Positions 1-8,048 of a stretch of DNA of 39,641 bases are shown here, piece after piece. Source of the DNA: a virus (Duplodnaviria > Caudoviricetes); the IMG/VR virus record IMGVR_UViG_3300033407_000385, positions 1-39,641 of that record, one strand, 5' to 3'. The notes beneath the pieces were generated by a model, which was given only the letters and a program-made list of their open reading frames with translations, was not told the DNA's origin and did not search any database. The translations under genes were made by a program, and so were the position numbers. Numbering within the stretch: the first letter of the stretch is position 1; the number at the start of each line of letters is the position of its first letter.

Positions 1-11
1 TGCGCCGATTT

Positions 12-37
12 TGTGACGCGACAGATGGTTCTGGCAC
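12..37 (+). repeat. Left terminal repeat (L1 transposase-binding site)
   Basis: TGTGACGCGACAGATGGTTCTGGCAC matches the reverse complement of 39597-39622 (TGTAACGCGACAGATGGTTCTGGCAC) at 25/26 positions. Confidence 0.93.
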
Positions 38-95
38 GGGGTGGGATCCGGGACCAGGCGGGACATACGGGTCAAAATCGGGACAAGAGTCGGAG

Positions 96-108
96 AATCA
101 GGGGGTTA
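96..108 (+). promoter_or_regulatory. IHF-binding consensus in the L1-L2 spacer
   Basis: AATCAGGGGGTTA fits WATCARNNNNTTR exactly. Confidence 0.55.
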
Positions 109-136
109 GCGGAGGGGGTACTGAGCGGGCGCGCGC

Positions 137-153
137 TTGAGAATGATTCTCAA
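137..153. promoter_or_regulatory. Perfect 8-1-8 palindrome, Fur-box-like
   Basis: TTGAGAAT-G-ATTCTCAA; core resembles the 7-1-7 Fur box TGATAATnATTATCA. Confidence 0.5.
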
Positions 154-173
154 ACGACACATGGATCTGGCAC
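154..173 (+). repeat. L2 transposase-binding site
   Basis: ACGACACATGGATCTGGCAC, degenerate copy of the end repeat in the same orientation as L1. Confidence 0.85.
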
Positions 174-183
174 GCGGGACGAC

Positions 184-204
184 CGCGACACATGGTTCTG
201 ACAC
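184..204 (+). repeat. L3 transposase-binding site
   Basis: CGCGACACATGGTTCTGACAC, copy of the end repeat. Confidence 0.85.
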
Positions 205-243
205 GAAGCGTCGGCCGCGCCGGCGGCGGGTGGCTGGTCCGAT

Positions 244-609
244 TCAGTCGTGCTTGGCGTCTATCTCCCAGGCCATCCGCAGGAAGGGATCTCCACCGCC
301 GTCGTCGATGATGTAGTAGTAAGCATTGCGCGGGGAAAGGCGGATTTGCTTAGGAATTCCGGCTTCCGGAATTGCCGGTGCGTGTCCCACGAGCGAACCT
401 TTCGGTCTCCAGCTCACACCGACGATTCGGCCCAATTTGACAGCGCGCATCGCCGGAATGCCATAGGCGTTATATGCGTACTTTCCCACCTGGTCGCAAT
501 ATTCTGAGGCTACCCTGTTCGGGCAAGTGTTCGTCCACGGGCCGATTGTTTCCGCCGAGGCTGTTGCTACTAAAGCACAAAGTGCCATCAATACGACTAA
601 AACACGCAT
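244..609 (-). CDS. Hypothetical secreted/periplasmic protein (accessory gene)
   Basis: GGAGG RBS upstream; N-terminal signal peptide MRVLVVLMALCALVATASA; directly downstream of the repressor gene. Confidence 0.7.
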   Translation of the reverse strand: MRVLVVLMALCALVATASAETIGPWTNTCPNRVASEYCDQVGKYAYNAYGIPAMRAVKLGRIVGVSWRPKGSLVGHAPAIPEAGIPKQIRLSPRNAYYYIIDDGGGDPFLRMAWEIDAKHD

Positions 610-631
610 TTATAGACCCTCCAAATCGGGG

Positions 632-1336
632 TTACATTCTCCTGCCTGACCAGACGACGCGGCCGATGACGGCGACTTCCCCGGTCACGTCTACCTCGAA
701 AGGCTGGTAGGCGGGGTTGTCGCTGGATGCCCGTATACGCCCGCCCGGCAGGCGCTGCAGGCGCTTTACCAATAGCGCGTCGTCCATCCTGAGCACGTAG
801 ATACCGTCCCGGCTGGGGCCGGTGTCACGGTGGTTGACCAGGATCACGTCACCCGGCCGCAGCGTCGGCTCCATGCTCTCTCCGTCCACATATATAAGGT
901 ACAGGTCGCCCGGGTTGGCGTGCAGCTCCGATCGCACCCATTGGGACTTGAATGCCAGATCGTCGACGGCGGCGCCCTCCTCGACGATGGCGCCACCACC
1001 CGCCGCCGCCCGCACATCATAGAGCGGGATGTACTCATAGCCCGCCAGCTCCTCTGCGACGCCGCCCCGCCTGGATTCACGGTGCTTTGGGCCTTTTCCG
1101 GTGGCGAGCCATTGCACTGTTACGTCTCCGGCCTCCGCGAGGGCCATGAGTACTGGCCGTGTCGGTTCACCCTTCCCATTTAGCAATTTCCGTAAAAATG
1201 TATCCGATAAACCTGCAGTGCGAGCGAAAGCTCGCACAGATCCATCTCCGACTAGCCCCCGCAGTCGATCGGAGAACGCGTCAGACTTCGGCACACGAAC
1301 CTTGACCGTCGCGTCAGTGTTGTGAGTTTCGGTCAA
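632..1336 (-). CDS. Phage repressor, XRE-type HTH plus S24 (LexA/CI-like) peptidase domain; start codon uncertain
   Basis: HTH (SVRAFARTAGLSDTFLRKLLNGKGEP...WLATGKG), Ala-Gly site (AAAGGG), catalytic Ser (GESMEP) and Lys (LVKRL); divergent from ner. Confidence 0.92.
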   Translation of the reverse strand: MTETHNTDATVKVRVPKSDAFSDRLRGLVGDGSVRAFARTAGLSDTFLRKLLNGKGEPTRPVLMALAEAGDVTVQWLATGKGPKHRESRRGGVAEELAGYEYIPLYDVRAAAGGGAIVEEGAAVDDLAFKSQWVRSELHANPGDLYLIYVDGESMEPTLRPGDVILVNHRDTGPSRDGIYVLRMDDALLVKRLQRLPGGRIRASSDNPAYQPFEVDVTGEVAVIGRVVWSGRRM

Positions 1337-1411
1337 TGTTTCCGTAACTCATTGATCGGCAGCCATTAACTTTTAGTGTCAAAACCGCAGCGGCGCCACA
1401 AACATTGACCG
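1330..1411. promoter_or_regulatory. Putative operator/enhancer region: 12-bp inverted repeat flanking an IHF-like site
   Basis: CGGTCAATGTTT (1330-1341) / AAACATTGACCG (1400-1411); 1345-1357 reads GATCAATGAGTTA on the minus strand (1 mismatch to IHF consensus). Confidence 0.5.
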
Positions 1412-1424
1412 CGCGTTATAGCTC

Positions 1425-1453
1425 TTGACCTGCAATCTTTAGTTGGCTATGTT
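1425..1453 (+). promoter_or_regulatory. Early promoter Pe (sigma70 type)
   Basis: TTGACC (1425-1430), 17 bp, TATGTT (1448-1453), just upstream of the ner ATG. Confidence 0.65.
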
Positions 1454-1462
1454 TACCGGGCC

Positions 1463-1798
1463 ATGCCGAATAGACGGGCCCCAAAAAAAAGCGCCGTCCG
1501 TGAAGACTGGCACCCCGCCATTGTCGTCGCCCGGCTGCGCATGGCCGGGTGGTCGCTGCGTAGCCTGAGCGTCCGTCACGGGCTGACTCACAGCACCTTA
1601 CAAAAGGCGAACAGTCAACCGTACCCGCACGCCGAACGCATTATCGCCCGGGCCATCGGCGTCAAGCCGCAAGACATCTGGCCTAGCCGTTACGACGCTA
1701 ATGGCCGAGCACTCCACCGGCGACGCGGCCCCAAACCGAAAACCCAGTCTACCCACAACGGCGCCGCACGCAATGTATGCCGCGCAGGAGCTGAATAG
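1463..1798 (+). CDS. ner: Ner/Nlp-family transcriptional regulator
   Basis: DWHPA..VARLRMAGWSLRSLS...PYPHAERIIARAIGVKPQDIWPSRY signature; Mu position. Confidence 0.92.
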   Translation: MPNRRAPKKSAVREDWHPAIVVARLRMAGWSLRSLSVRHGLTHSTLQKANSQPYPHAERIIARAIGVKPQDIWPSRYDANGRALHRRRGPKPKTQSTHNGAARNVCRAGAE

Positions 1799-1800
1799 AC

Positions 1801-2169
1801 ATGTCAGAGCCCCAGGCCCCGCTCATTCGCCAGAACAGCATCAGTCTCCAACGCGGCGACCGCGTCCTGCCTGAGCACATTATTAAGGGCACCGATCCTG
1901 TGATTTTGCGGCTCGGTTGCCTCGATCTTGCCCTCAGACACGCGGAGACGGTCCCAAAGGCGTTTGAGTTGGCGGATACCTTCTACGCCTACGTCACCGG
2001 CAGCGTTGTCTCCACCGAGGCGGCGGAGTTACTCGCAGATATCGAGCTCGCGCGCGACGCCAGGTTCTTCGGCCTCCCCGTCAATCGGAACGAGGATGCC
2101 GGGAGTCGCGTCTTCTGGGGGAATTTTCTCTCCCGCTTCTCTACTCCTCTGACTCGAGCACCTGAATGA
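1801..2169 (+). CDS. Hypothetical protein
   Basis: Starts 2 nt after ner stop with AGGAG upstream; no recognised motif. Confidence 0.55.
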   Translation: MSEPQAPLIRQNSISLQRGDRVLPEHIIKGTDPVILRLGCLDLALRHAETVPKAFELADTFYAYVTGSVVSTEAAELLADIELARDARFFGLPVNRNEDAGSRVFWGNFLSRFSTPLTRAPE

Positions 2170-2347
2170 GATCGGAGATCACCCCTGCCTCCACTTCGCG
2201 TCCCGTCGCCTGCGAGAGCGAGCGCGCGACCAGCAATTCGGTGGTCAGGTCATCTAGTTCGATCATGCCTTTTTTCACGAGCACTCGAACGAGTGCTGTC
2301 ACGGCGGTCAGCGCGGCAAAACCGCGCATGTCAGCAGAGTTTTCCAT
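2141..2347 (-). CDS. Hypothetical small protein, antisense to the early operon
   Basis: GGGAGG RBS ~8 nt upstream of ATG on the minus strand; protein-like helical composition. Confidence 0.55.
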   Translation of the reverse strand: MENSADMRGFAALTAVTALVRVLVKKGMIELDDLTTELLVARSLSQATGREVEAGVISDLIQVLESEE

Positions 2348-2498
2348 TCGGAGGTCCTCCCGTGTCGGGTGATTGGTGTGGCAGCCGGCACCTTAGCACT
2401 GGACATGGCCTCCGTCCTTACCAGGGTGACGTAGGGGTGCGCGACCCGAGCGCCGGCCATAAACGCGTGGATCCCCCGAGCGGGTGCGAGGCCCGCAC

Positions 2499-2750
2499 AT
2501 GACGACATTCGACCGTGAACTGACCAGGCACCGCCGGCAATTCATCCAGCGCCTGCTGTCGCTGTTCGGGCAGGGCGGGCTGATCGACGAGATGATCCTG
2601 TATCTGGTCAATCACTTCGGGTACAACGCATCCCTCGATCGGGTACGTACAGACCTGACCTGGCTCGCAGACCAGTGCCTGGTGTCCACGTCCGAGGTCG
2701 TCTTCAAGACCGTCGTCACGAAGACCGTCATCTTTGCCAAGGCGATGTGA
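2499..2750 (+). CDS. Paralog of the Mu gp26-like winged-HTH protein at 12761-13060
   Basis: FGYNASLDRVRTDLTWLADQCLV versus FGHNVSRDRVRTDLAWLAEQGLV; ATG at 2499 chosen by alignment. Confidence 0.7.
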   Translation: MTTFDRELTRHRRQFIQRLLSLFGQGGLIDEMILYLVNHFGYNASLDRVRTDLTWLADQCLVSTSEVVFKTVVTKTVIFAKAM

Positions 2751-2752
2751 CG

Positions 2753-3196
2753 ATGGCGCGGCGGCCCGATCCGACAACACCCGATCTGTTCGACGCCGAG
2801 CCGCCGGCGCCGCGTGCCGGCTCCGGGAACCACGCCATCGAACTGCGACATCTTCTGAGCGACATCCTCAAGCGCTGCCCGCATGACCGCTACGAGATAG
2901 CGGCGCGCATGTCGCGTCTGCTCGGCACAGACGTCACCAAGCACCAGCTCGACGCGTGGACGGCGGAGAGCCGAACGCCCTGGCGCTTTCCGCTCGAGTA
3001 CCTGTGGGCGTTCGAGCAAGCGGCCGAGACGCACGAGCTGACGCGGTTCGTCGTGGAGCTGGGAGGCGGCTGGTACGTCGAGAACGATGAGCTGCTGTGC
3101 CTCGAGCTCGGGCGCGCGCAGCGCACGCTCCACGCCGCGCAGGACCGGCGCGACGATCTCGCGGAACGGCTGCGCCGACGGGAGAACACAGCGTGA
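2753..3196 (+). CDS. Conserved Mu-like early protein, probable DNA-binding (CII-like)
   Basis: RYEIAARMSRLLGTDVTKHQLDAWTAESR motif; stop overlaps the transposase start. Confidence 0.7.
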   Translation: MARRPDPTTPDLFDAEPPAPRAGSGNHAIELRHLLSDILKRCPHDRYEIAARMSRLLGTDVTKHQLDAWTAESRTPWRFPLEYLWAFEQAAETHELTRFVVELGGGWYVENDELLCLELGRAQRTLHAAQDRRDDLAERLRRRENTA

Positions 3197-5367
3197 GAGA
3201 GTGGTTCTCAGCATCGGAGCTGGCGGGGCTGCCGGGAATGCCGGCCACGCATAGTGCTGTGATCCGATTGTCGAAACGGAATCGTTGGGACTTCCAACAT
3301 AAATCCGGCCGCGGCGGCGGCCGCGAATATCACATTGCCTCGCTGTCGGCCGAGACGCGCGCCCACCTCGCCACCACTCATTTGAGTGGGGCGGATGTCG
3401 ATGCCGGCGCGGCCGAGGCACGCAAGCTCGATATTGTGGCCCGCGTCGGCCAGGCGGCCGAACGGCGCACGCGCACATACGGCCTGGCGCGCGCCGCGGC
3501 ACTGCGCCCAGCCGACCGCGCACGTCTCGCCGCGAAGCGCCGCATCCTGATCCTGGCAGACGATTACCGCCGCGCAGCGCAATTGCCCCTGCGCGATGCA
3601 GACCTCGCTTTTGCGCGCGCGTACACGACCGGCGCCCTCGAGGTGGACGAGGCCACACGCGCCGCGGTCCGGCGCGTGTCGGCATCGACGTTGCGTGCCT
3701 GGCGCCGGAGGCTACAGACCGAAGGGGACGCCGCGCTCGCCGGCCGCTACGGCAACCGGCGCGGCACGTCGCGGATCGACCGTACGCCAGAGATCCACGA
3801 TTTCATCCTGGCGATGGTGCACGACAACCCGCACGTGATGTGCAAGGGCATCTACCGCGGGTTAAAGGCCCGTTTTGCCGCCGATTTGCGGCCGTCGAAA
3901 CGCGCGCTGCAGCGCTGGCTCAAGCGCTGGAAACGGGAGCACGCGGAACTCTACCAGCACATCTTGAACCCCGACCGGTGGCGGTCCCGCTACCAGGCCG
4001 CCGGCGGCAACGCTGCCGAGGCGATTACCGCGCTCAATCAATTGTGGGAGATGGACTCGACGCCGGGCGACGTGCTGCTGGCAGACGGCCATCGCCACGC
4101 ACTCATCGGCGTCATCGACGTGCAGAGCAGACGCCTCAAGTTCCACGTGTCGCGAACGAGTCGATCGACGGCTATCTCCGCGCTGTTGCGCCGGGCAATC
4201 CTCGAATGGGGCGTGCCCGACACCGTCAGCACCGACGAAGGTTCGGATTACACCAGCCTGCACGTCCGGCGCGCGTTCTCCGGTCTGGATACCCATCACC
4301 ATATCTGCCGGGCGTTCACCCCCGAGGACAAGCCGTTCATCGAGCGCGCCTTCGGCACGTTCTGCCGGGACCTGGTGGAGCTGCTGCACGGCTACATCGG
4401 GCACGACGTCGCCGGGCGCAAGAACATCGAGGCGCGCCGCTCGTTCGCCGATCGACTGATGAAACGCGGCGAGGAGCCGGCGGAGCTGCGGTTGACGCCG
4501 GAAGAATTCCAGGCGTTTTGCGACGCGTGGTGCGATCAGGTCTACGGAATGGAGCCGCACAGCGGTCTCGACGGCAAGGCGCCGCTCGAGGTCGCGGCGA
4601 GCTGGCCGCACCCCATCCGGCGCATCGACGACGCGCGCGCGCTCGACATTCTGCTTTCCGAGGCGCCAGGCGACGGGCACCGCACGGTCACCAAGAAGGG
4701 CATACGCATCGACGGCGCCCTGTTCGACTCGCCGGCGCTCGGCGAGATGGCCGGCAAGCGCGTGCGTGTGCTGCTGGACGAGACTGACCACGGATCCATC
4801 TACGTGTTCGACGGCGACACGGGCGCATTCGTGTGCCAGGCGGTGTGCCCGGAGCGCACCGGGATCTCCCGCAAGGAAGTCGCCACCCATCGCAAGCAAA
4901 AACAGAAGGCACTCATCGCTGAGCAGCGCAAGGAGCTGAAGGCCATCGCGCGCCGCGTCGACACGACAAACATCGTCTCGGAGATCCTGGCCGAGCGCGC
5001 CGCGGCCGCCGGCAAGCTCGCTTACTTCCCGCAGCGCTCGATCGATCACACCACGCCCGAGCTCGAGGCCGCCGGCGAGGCCGCGCGCCGCGCCGCGCCC
5101 AGTGCCCGCCCGCTCGACGACGACGAGCGCGCCGCGCAAGCGCGCATCGCCGAACAGCTCCGATCAGGCCGCGGACCGCACGAGCCGGAGGAAACCTTGG
5201 ACCAGCGCGCGCGCCGGTGGGACGCGATCCGCGTCCGCATCGAGCGCGGCGAGCGCGTGACGGACGACGAATACGCCTTCTACGAGGGCTGGCGGGACAC
5301 GCCGGAATGCCGGGCCTACGAGCGCATGCGAGTGGACCTCGGCTGGCGCGCCAGCGAAGCGAACTGA
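3193..5367 (+). CDS. muA: MuA-type DDE transposase
   Basis: N-terminal Mu DNA-binding domain (EWFSASELAGLPGMP...GRGGGREYH); catalytic WEMDST, STDEGSDY, KPFIERAF; C-terminal Mu-transposase domain; GTG start in GTGA overlap. Confidence 0.96.
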   Translation: MREWFSASELAGLPGMPATHSAVIRLSKRNRWDFQHKSGRGGGREYHIASLSAETRAHLATTHLSGADVDAGAAEARKLDIVARVGQAAERRTRTYGLARAAALRPADRARLAAKRRILILADDYRRAAQLPLRDADLAFARAYTTGALEVDEATRAAVRRVSASTLRAWRRRLQTEGDAALAGRYGNRRGTSRIDRTPEIHDFILAMVHDNPHVMCKGIYRGLKARFAADLRPSKRALQRWLKRWKREHAELYQHILNPDRWRSRYQAAGGNAAEAITALNQLWEMDSTPGDVLLADGHRHALIGVIDVQSRRLKFHVSRTSRSTAISALLRRAILEWGVPDTVSTDEGSDYTSLHVRRAFSGLDTHHHICRAFTPEDKPFIERAFGTFCRDLVELLHGYIGHDVAGRKNIEARRSFADRLMKRGEEPAELRLTPEEFQAFCDAWCDQVYGMEPHSGLDGKAPLEVAASWPHPIRRIDDARALDILLSEAPGDGHRTVTKKGIRIDGALFDSPALGEMAGKRVRVLLDETDHGSIYVFDGDTGAFVCQAVCPERTGISRKEVATHRKQKQKALIAEQRKELKAIARRVDTTNIVSEILAERAAAAGKLAYFPQRSIDHTTPELEAAGEAARRAAPSARPLDDDERAAQARIAEQLRSGRGPHEPEETLDQRARRWDAIRVRIERGERVTDDEYAFYEGWRDTPECRAYERMRVDLGWRASEAN

Positions 5368-5389
5368 AGCCCGCCGAAGAAGGCGGGCT
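5368..5389. other. 8-bp GC hairpin between the A and B genes
   Basis: AGCCCGCC-GAAGAA-GGCGGGCT; no clear downstream U-tract on either strand. Confidence 0.45.
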
Positions 5390-5411
5390 AAAAATTTGAG
5401 GAGCTTAATCA

Positions 5412-6134
5412 ATGGAAACTAACGGTACGACCGCGCCGATCCAGAACGTGGCGATTTGCGCCTCGGCGATCGGCAAAGCGATGGACCGGCCCGCGCACCT
5501 GCCGGGCATGGTGTGCTTCTACGGGCCGTCCGGCTGGGGCAAGAGCTCGGCGGCGGCCTATGCGGCCAACGCCAACCGCGCTTACTACGTGGAGGCGAAG
5601 TCCTCCTGGACGCGCAAGGCGCTGCTGATCGCGATCCTGCGCGAGATCGGCATCGTGCCCGCTCGCACCATCTACGAGCTGACCGACCAGGTGTCCGAGC
5701 AGCTCGTGCTCTCGCAGCGCCCGCTGATCGTCGACGAGATGGACCACCTCGTGGACCGCAACGCGGTTGAAGTGGTGCGCGACATCTATGAGGGATCGAA
5801 CGCGGCCATCCTGCTCATCGGCGAGGAAATGCTGCCGTCGAAACTGAAGAAGTGGGAGCGGGTCCACGGCCGCATGCTGCACTGGGCGCCGGCGCAGCCG
5901 GCCAGCATCGACGACGCGACGCACCTGCGCGCGCTCTACTCGCGCGGCGTCGACATCGCCGACGACCTGCTCGGCTGGATCCACGAGCTGAGCAAGGGCT
6001 CGGTGCGGCGCATCTGCGTCAACCTGGAGCGCGTTACCAGCGAGGCGAAGGGCAAGGGCCAGATGGCCGTCGATCTCGACTGGTGGGGCGGGCGCGAGCT
6101 GTTCACCGGCGAGGCGCCGGTGCGGCGGGTGTGA
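5412..6134 (+). CDS. muB: MuB-like AAA+ transposition ATPase
   Basis: Walker A GPSGWGKS, Walker B LIVDEMD; follows the transposase; GAGGAG RBS. Confidence 0.93.
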   Translation: METNGTTAPIQNVAICASAIGKAMDRPAHLPGMVCFYGPSGWGKSSAAAYAANANRAYYVEAKSSWTRKALLIAILREIGIVPARTIYELTDQVSEQLVLSQRPLIVDEMDHLVDRNAVEVVRDIYEGSNAAILLIGEEMLPSKLKKWERVHGRMLHWAPAQPASIDDATHLRALYSRGVDIADDLLGWIHELSKGSVRRICVNLERVTSEAKGKGQMAVDLDWWGGRELFTGEAPVRRV

Positions 6135-6141
6135 CGCCGAT

Positions 6142-6756
6142 ATGAGCGACCACCAAATCACGCTCGAGAATCTGCGCGATCGCATCTGGCAGGCGATTCG
6201 CAACCGGCTCGACTTCACGGTGAGCGACATCCACGCCGACATCATCCGCGGCTCGGTGCCGCGCGGCGTCGTCCGCTCGCATATCTACCAGTACGTCCGG
6301 CTGCTCGAGCGCGCCGGATACCTGGAGCGCTGCGGCCACGTGCCCGGCAAGCGCAGCACGTGCCTGCAGGTGCTTTTCCGCCTGCGCCAGGATGTCGGTG
6401 TCGAGCGTCCGATGTTGACCACTGCCGGCACGCTGTCCAGCGCAGGGGTCAGGCGCGAGCGCCTGTGGCGGACGATCAAGATTCTGAAGGAATTCAGTCT
6501 CGACGAGCTGGCCGCGCACGCCTCGACCCACGACCTCGAGGTCTCCAGGGCGGCGGCCACGAGGTTCGTCCGCGCACTGACCAAGGCCAGCTACCTGGTC
6601 GTCACACGGCGCGCGTCGGCGCGCTCTGTCCGCCGCTGGCGCGCCGTGCCGTCGAAAGTCCGCGGCCCGCATACGCCCCGGTACCGGCGGCGCGACCAGG
6701 TCCTGTTCGATCCGAACACCGGCGAGGCGATCCGGCTTGGCGACGGCGATGAGTGA
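6142..6756 (+). CDS. Hypothetical early protein (two wHTH-like repeats)
   Basis: Repeated IW..I...F...E/D pattern; usual position after B. Confidence 0.7.
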   Translation: MSDHQITLENLRDRIWQAIRNRLDFTVSDIHADIIRGSVPRGVVRSHIYQYVRLLERAGYLERCGHVPGKRSTCLQVLFRLRQDVGVERPMLTTAGTLSSAGVRRERLWRTIKILKEFSLDELAAHASTHDLEVSRAAATRFVRALTKASYLVVTRRASARSVRRWRAVPSKVRGPHTPRYRRRDQVLFDPNTGEAIRLGDGDE

Positions 6757-7069
6757 CTGGATAGAGACCCTGGCCAAGGCGTGCGCCGCGACCTCTCAGA
6801 AGCGCGTCGCGGACCGCCTCGGCATCAGCGCCACCGTGGTCAACCAGGTGCTCCACGCCAAGTACCCGGGGAATTTGAGGCGGATCCAAGACCTCGTCGA
6901 ATTCGGGCTAACGGGCACATCCGTGCGATGTCCCGTCCTCGGCGAGATAGGAAAGGAGGACTGCCTCGCCCACCAGCGCCAGCCGTTCGCGGCGACGAAC
7001 GCGCAGCGCGTCCGACTGTTCCGCGCGTGCCGGAACGGATGCCCGCACAGCCGGATAGGAGGTGACTGA
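6749..7069 (+). CDS. HTH protein with Cys-rich C terminus
   Basis: SQKRVADRLGISATVVNQVL HTH; CPVLGEI...C...ACRNGCPHS. Confidence 0.75.
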   Translation: MSDWIETLAKACAATSQKRVADRLGISATVVNQVLHAKYPGNLRRIQDLVEFGLTGTSVRCPVLGEIGKEDCLAHQRQPFAATNAQRVRLFRACRNGCPHSRIGGD

Positions 7070-7071
7070 CC

Positions 7072-7452
7072 ATGACTCTAAGCGACGAGACCATCGACAC
7101 CCTGGCAGAAATCTACATTGCCAATCGACTGTCCGCGTTCGGCGTGACGTTCGGCGAGTTCGTCGCGTTGCCCGGGCACTACAAAAACACGCTGCTGTTC
7201 GGCGCGCGCGAGGCGATCGAGGAAGGCTTTCGGCCGCTGCTGCCCCGCCAGGCGAAAGCGCAGCTCGAGGCCGACTTCCAGGAGACCCTGGCGCAGCTCC
7301 GCGACGACCTTGAGAACGAGCTCGATCACCTGCATCACGTCATCGGACCGCGGCGCCAGTCCCAGGCGGCACGCATGTGCGACGGCCGCGCCATTCAGCC
7401 CATGCACCCCCGCGCCATCGCCGGCGAGCGCTGCACGCGAGTCCGGCGATGA
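7072..7452 (+). CDS. Hypothetical protein
   Basis: AGGAGGT RBS; operon packing. Confidence 0.65.
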   Translation: MTLSDETIDTLAEIYIANRLSAFGVTFGEFVALPGHYKNTLLFGAREAIEEGFRPLLPRQAKAQLEADFQETLAQLRDDLENELDHLHHVIGPRRQSQAARMCDGRAIQPMHPRAIAGERCTRVRR

Positions 7453-7553
7453 GGTTGCCGGCGGAGCGCTGGGTCGACGCCGCGGTGATCGCGATTGCGA
7501 TCGCGGGCGTCGTTACCGGATTTCTCGTGGCGCTCGGCGCCATCGGAGGATGA
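7449..7553 (+). CDS. 34-aa single-pass membrane peptide (not in the ORF track)
   Basis: ATGA overlap with the upstream stop; MRLPAERWVDAAVIAIAIAGVVTGFLVALGAIGG; fills the operon gap exactly. Confidence 0.6.
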   Translation: MRLPAERWVDAAVIAIAIAGVVTGFLVALGAIGG

Positions 7554-7554
7554 G

Positions 7555-7740
7555 ATGAGGAAACCGCAGCACAGGTTCATCGAGCGTTTAGCCGGGCATG
7601 TGCGGGACTATATCGCCGACCACCCGCTGTGCGATTGCGGCGATGTCGCGAGACGCGTCACTGAGCCCGCGCTTGATGGCTATACGCTCTTTTACAAGCT
7701 GCCGGGGCTTGGCGAGGAATACGCGCGCGCCCGGTCGTGA
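7555..7740 (+). CDS. Hypothetical protein
   Basis: GGAGG RBS before ATG 7555; GTGA overlap with the next gene. Confidence 0.55.
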   Translation: MRKPQHRFIERLAGHVRDYIADHPLCDCGDVARRVTEPALDGYTLFYKLPGLGEEYARARS

Positions 7741-8048
7741 GCGGCGCCGATCGCATCGTCATCGACACGCGCGCGGAATCGGGATCCGTATTCGCCATGC
7801 CGGCCGACCGAACCGATTACGCGGCCTGGCTCAAGGAGCGTTACGAGGCGCTGAAGGGCGAGCAAGTCACGATCATGAAAACCACCTACCGGCAGAGCCT
7901 GGGCGGCGTCAACCAGGCGATCAATCACGCTATCGCGCACGCTCAAGCGGGAGGGCGGGTCGTCGCCATCGGCCCCTACGCGTTCGAGGCCGCGGAGGTG
8001 GTGGCGGAGCTGTCCCGCGACACGGTGCGCCCGGAGGTCGCGGCATGA
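7737..8048 (+). CDS. Hypothetical protein
   Basis: Coupled overlaps at both ends. Confidence 0.6.
   Translation: MSGADRIVIDTRAESGSVFAMPADRTDYAAWLKERYEALKGEQVTIMKTTYRQSLGGVNQAINHAIAHAQAGGRVVAIGPYAFEAAEVVAELSRDTVRPEVAA

Noticed and set aside
12-204. End repeats as a mini-CRISPR array; ORF 13-201
   Set aside because: Irregular spacing, inverted copies at the right end and no cas genes: they are transposase sites and the ORF is incidental
5368-5398. Hairpin as an intrinsic terminator
   Set aside because: Followed by an A-run rather than a U-run on the plus strand and no adequate U-tract on the minus strand
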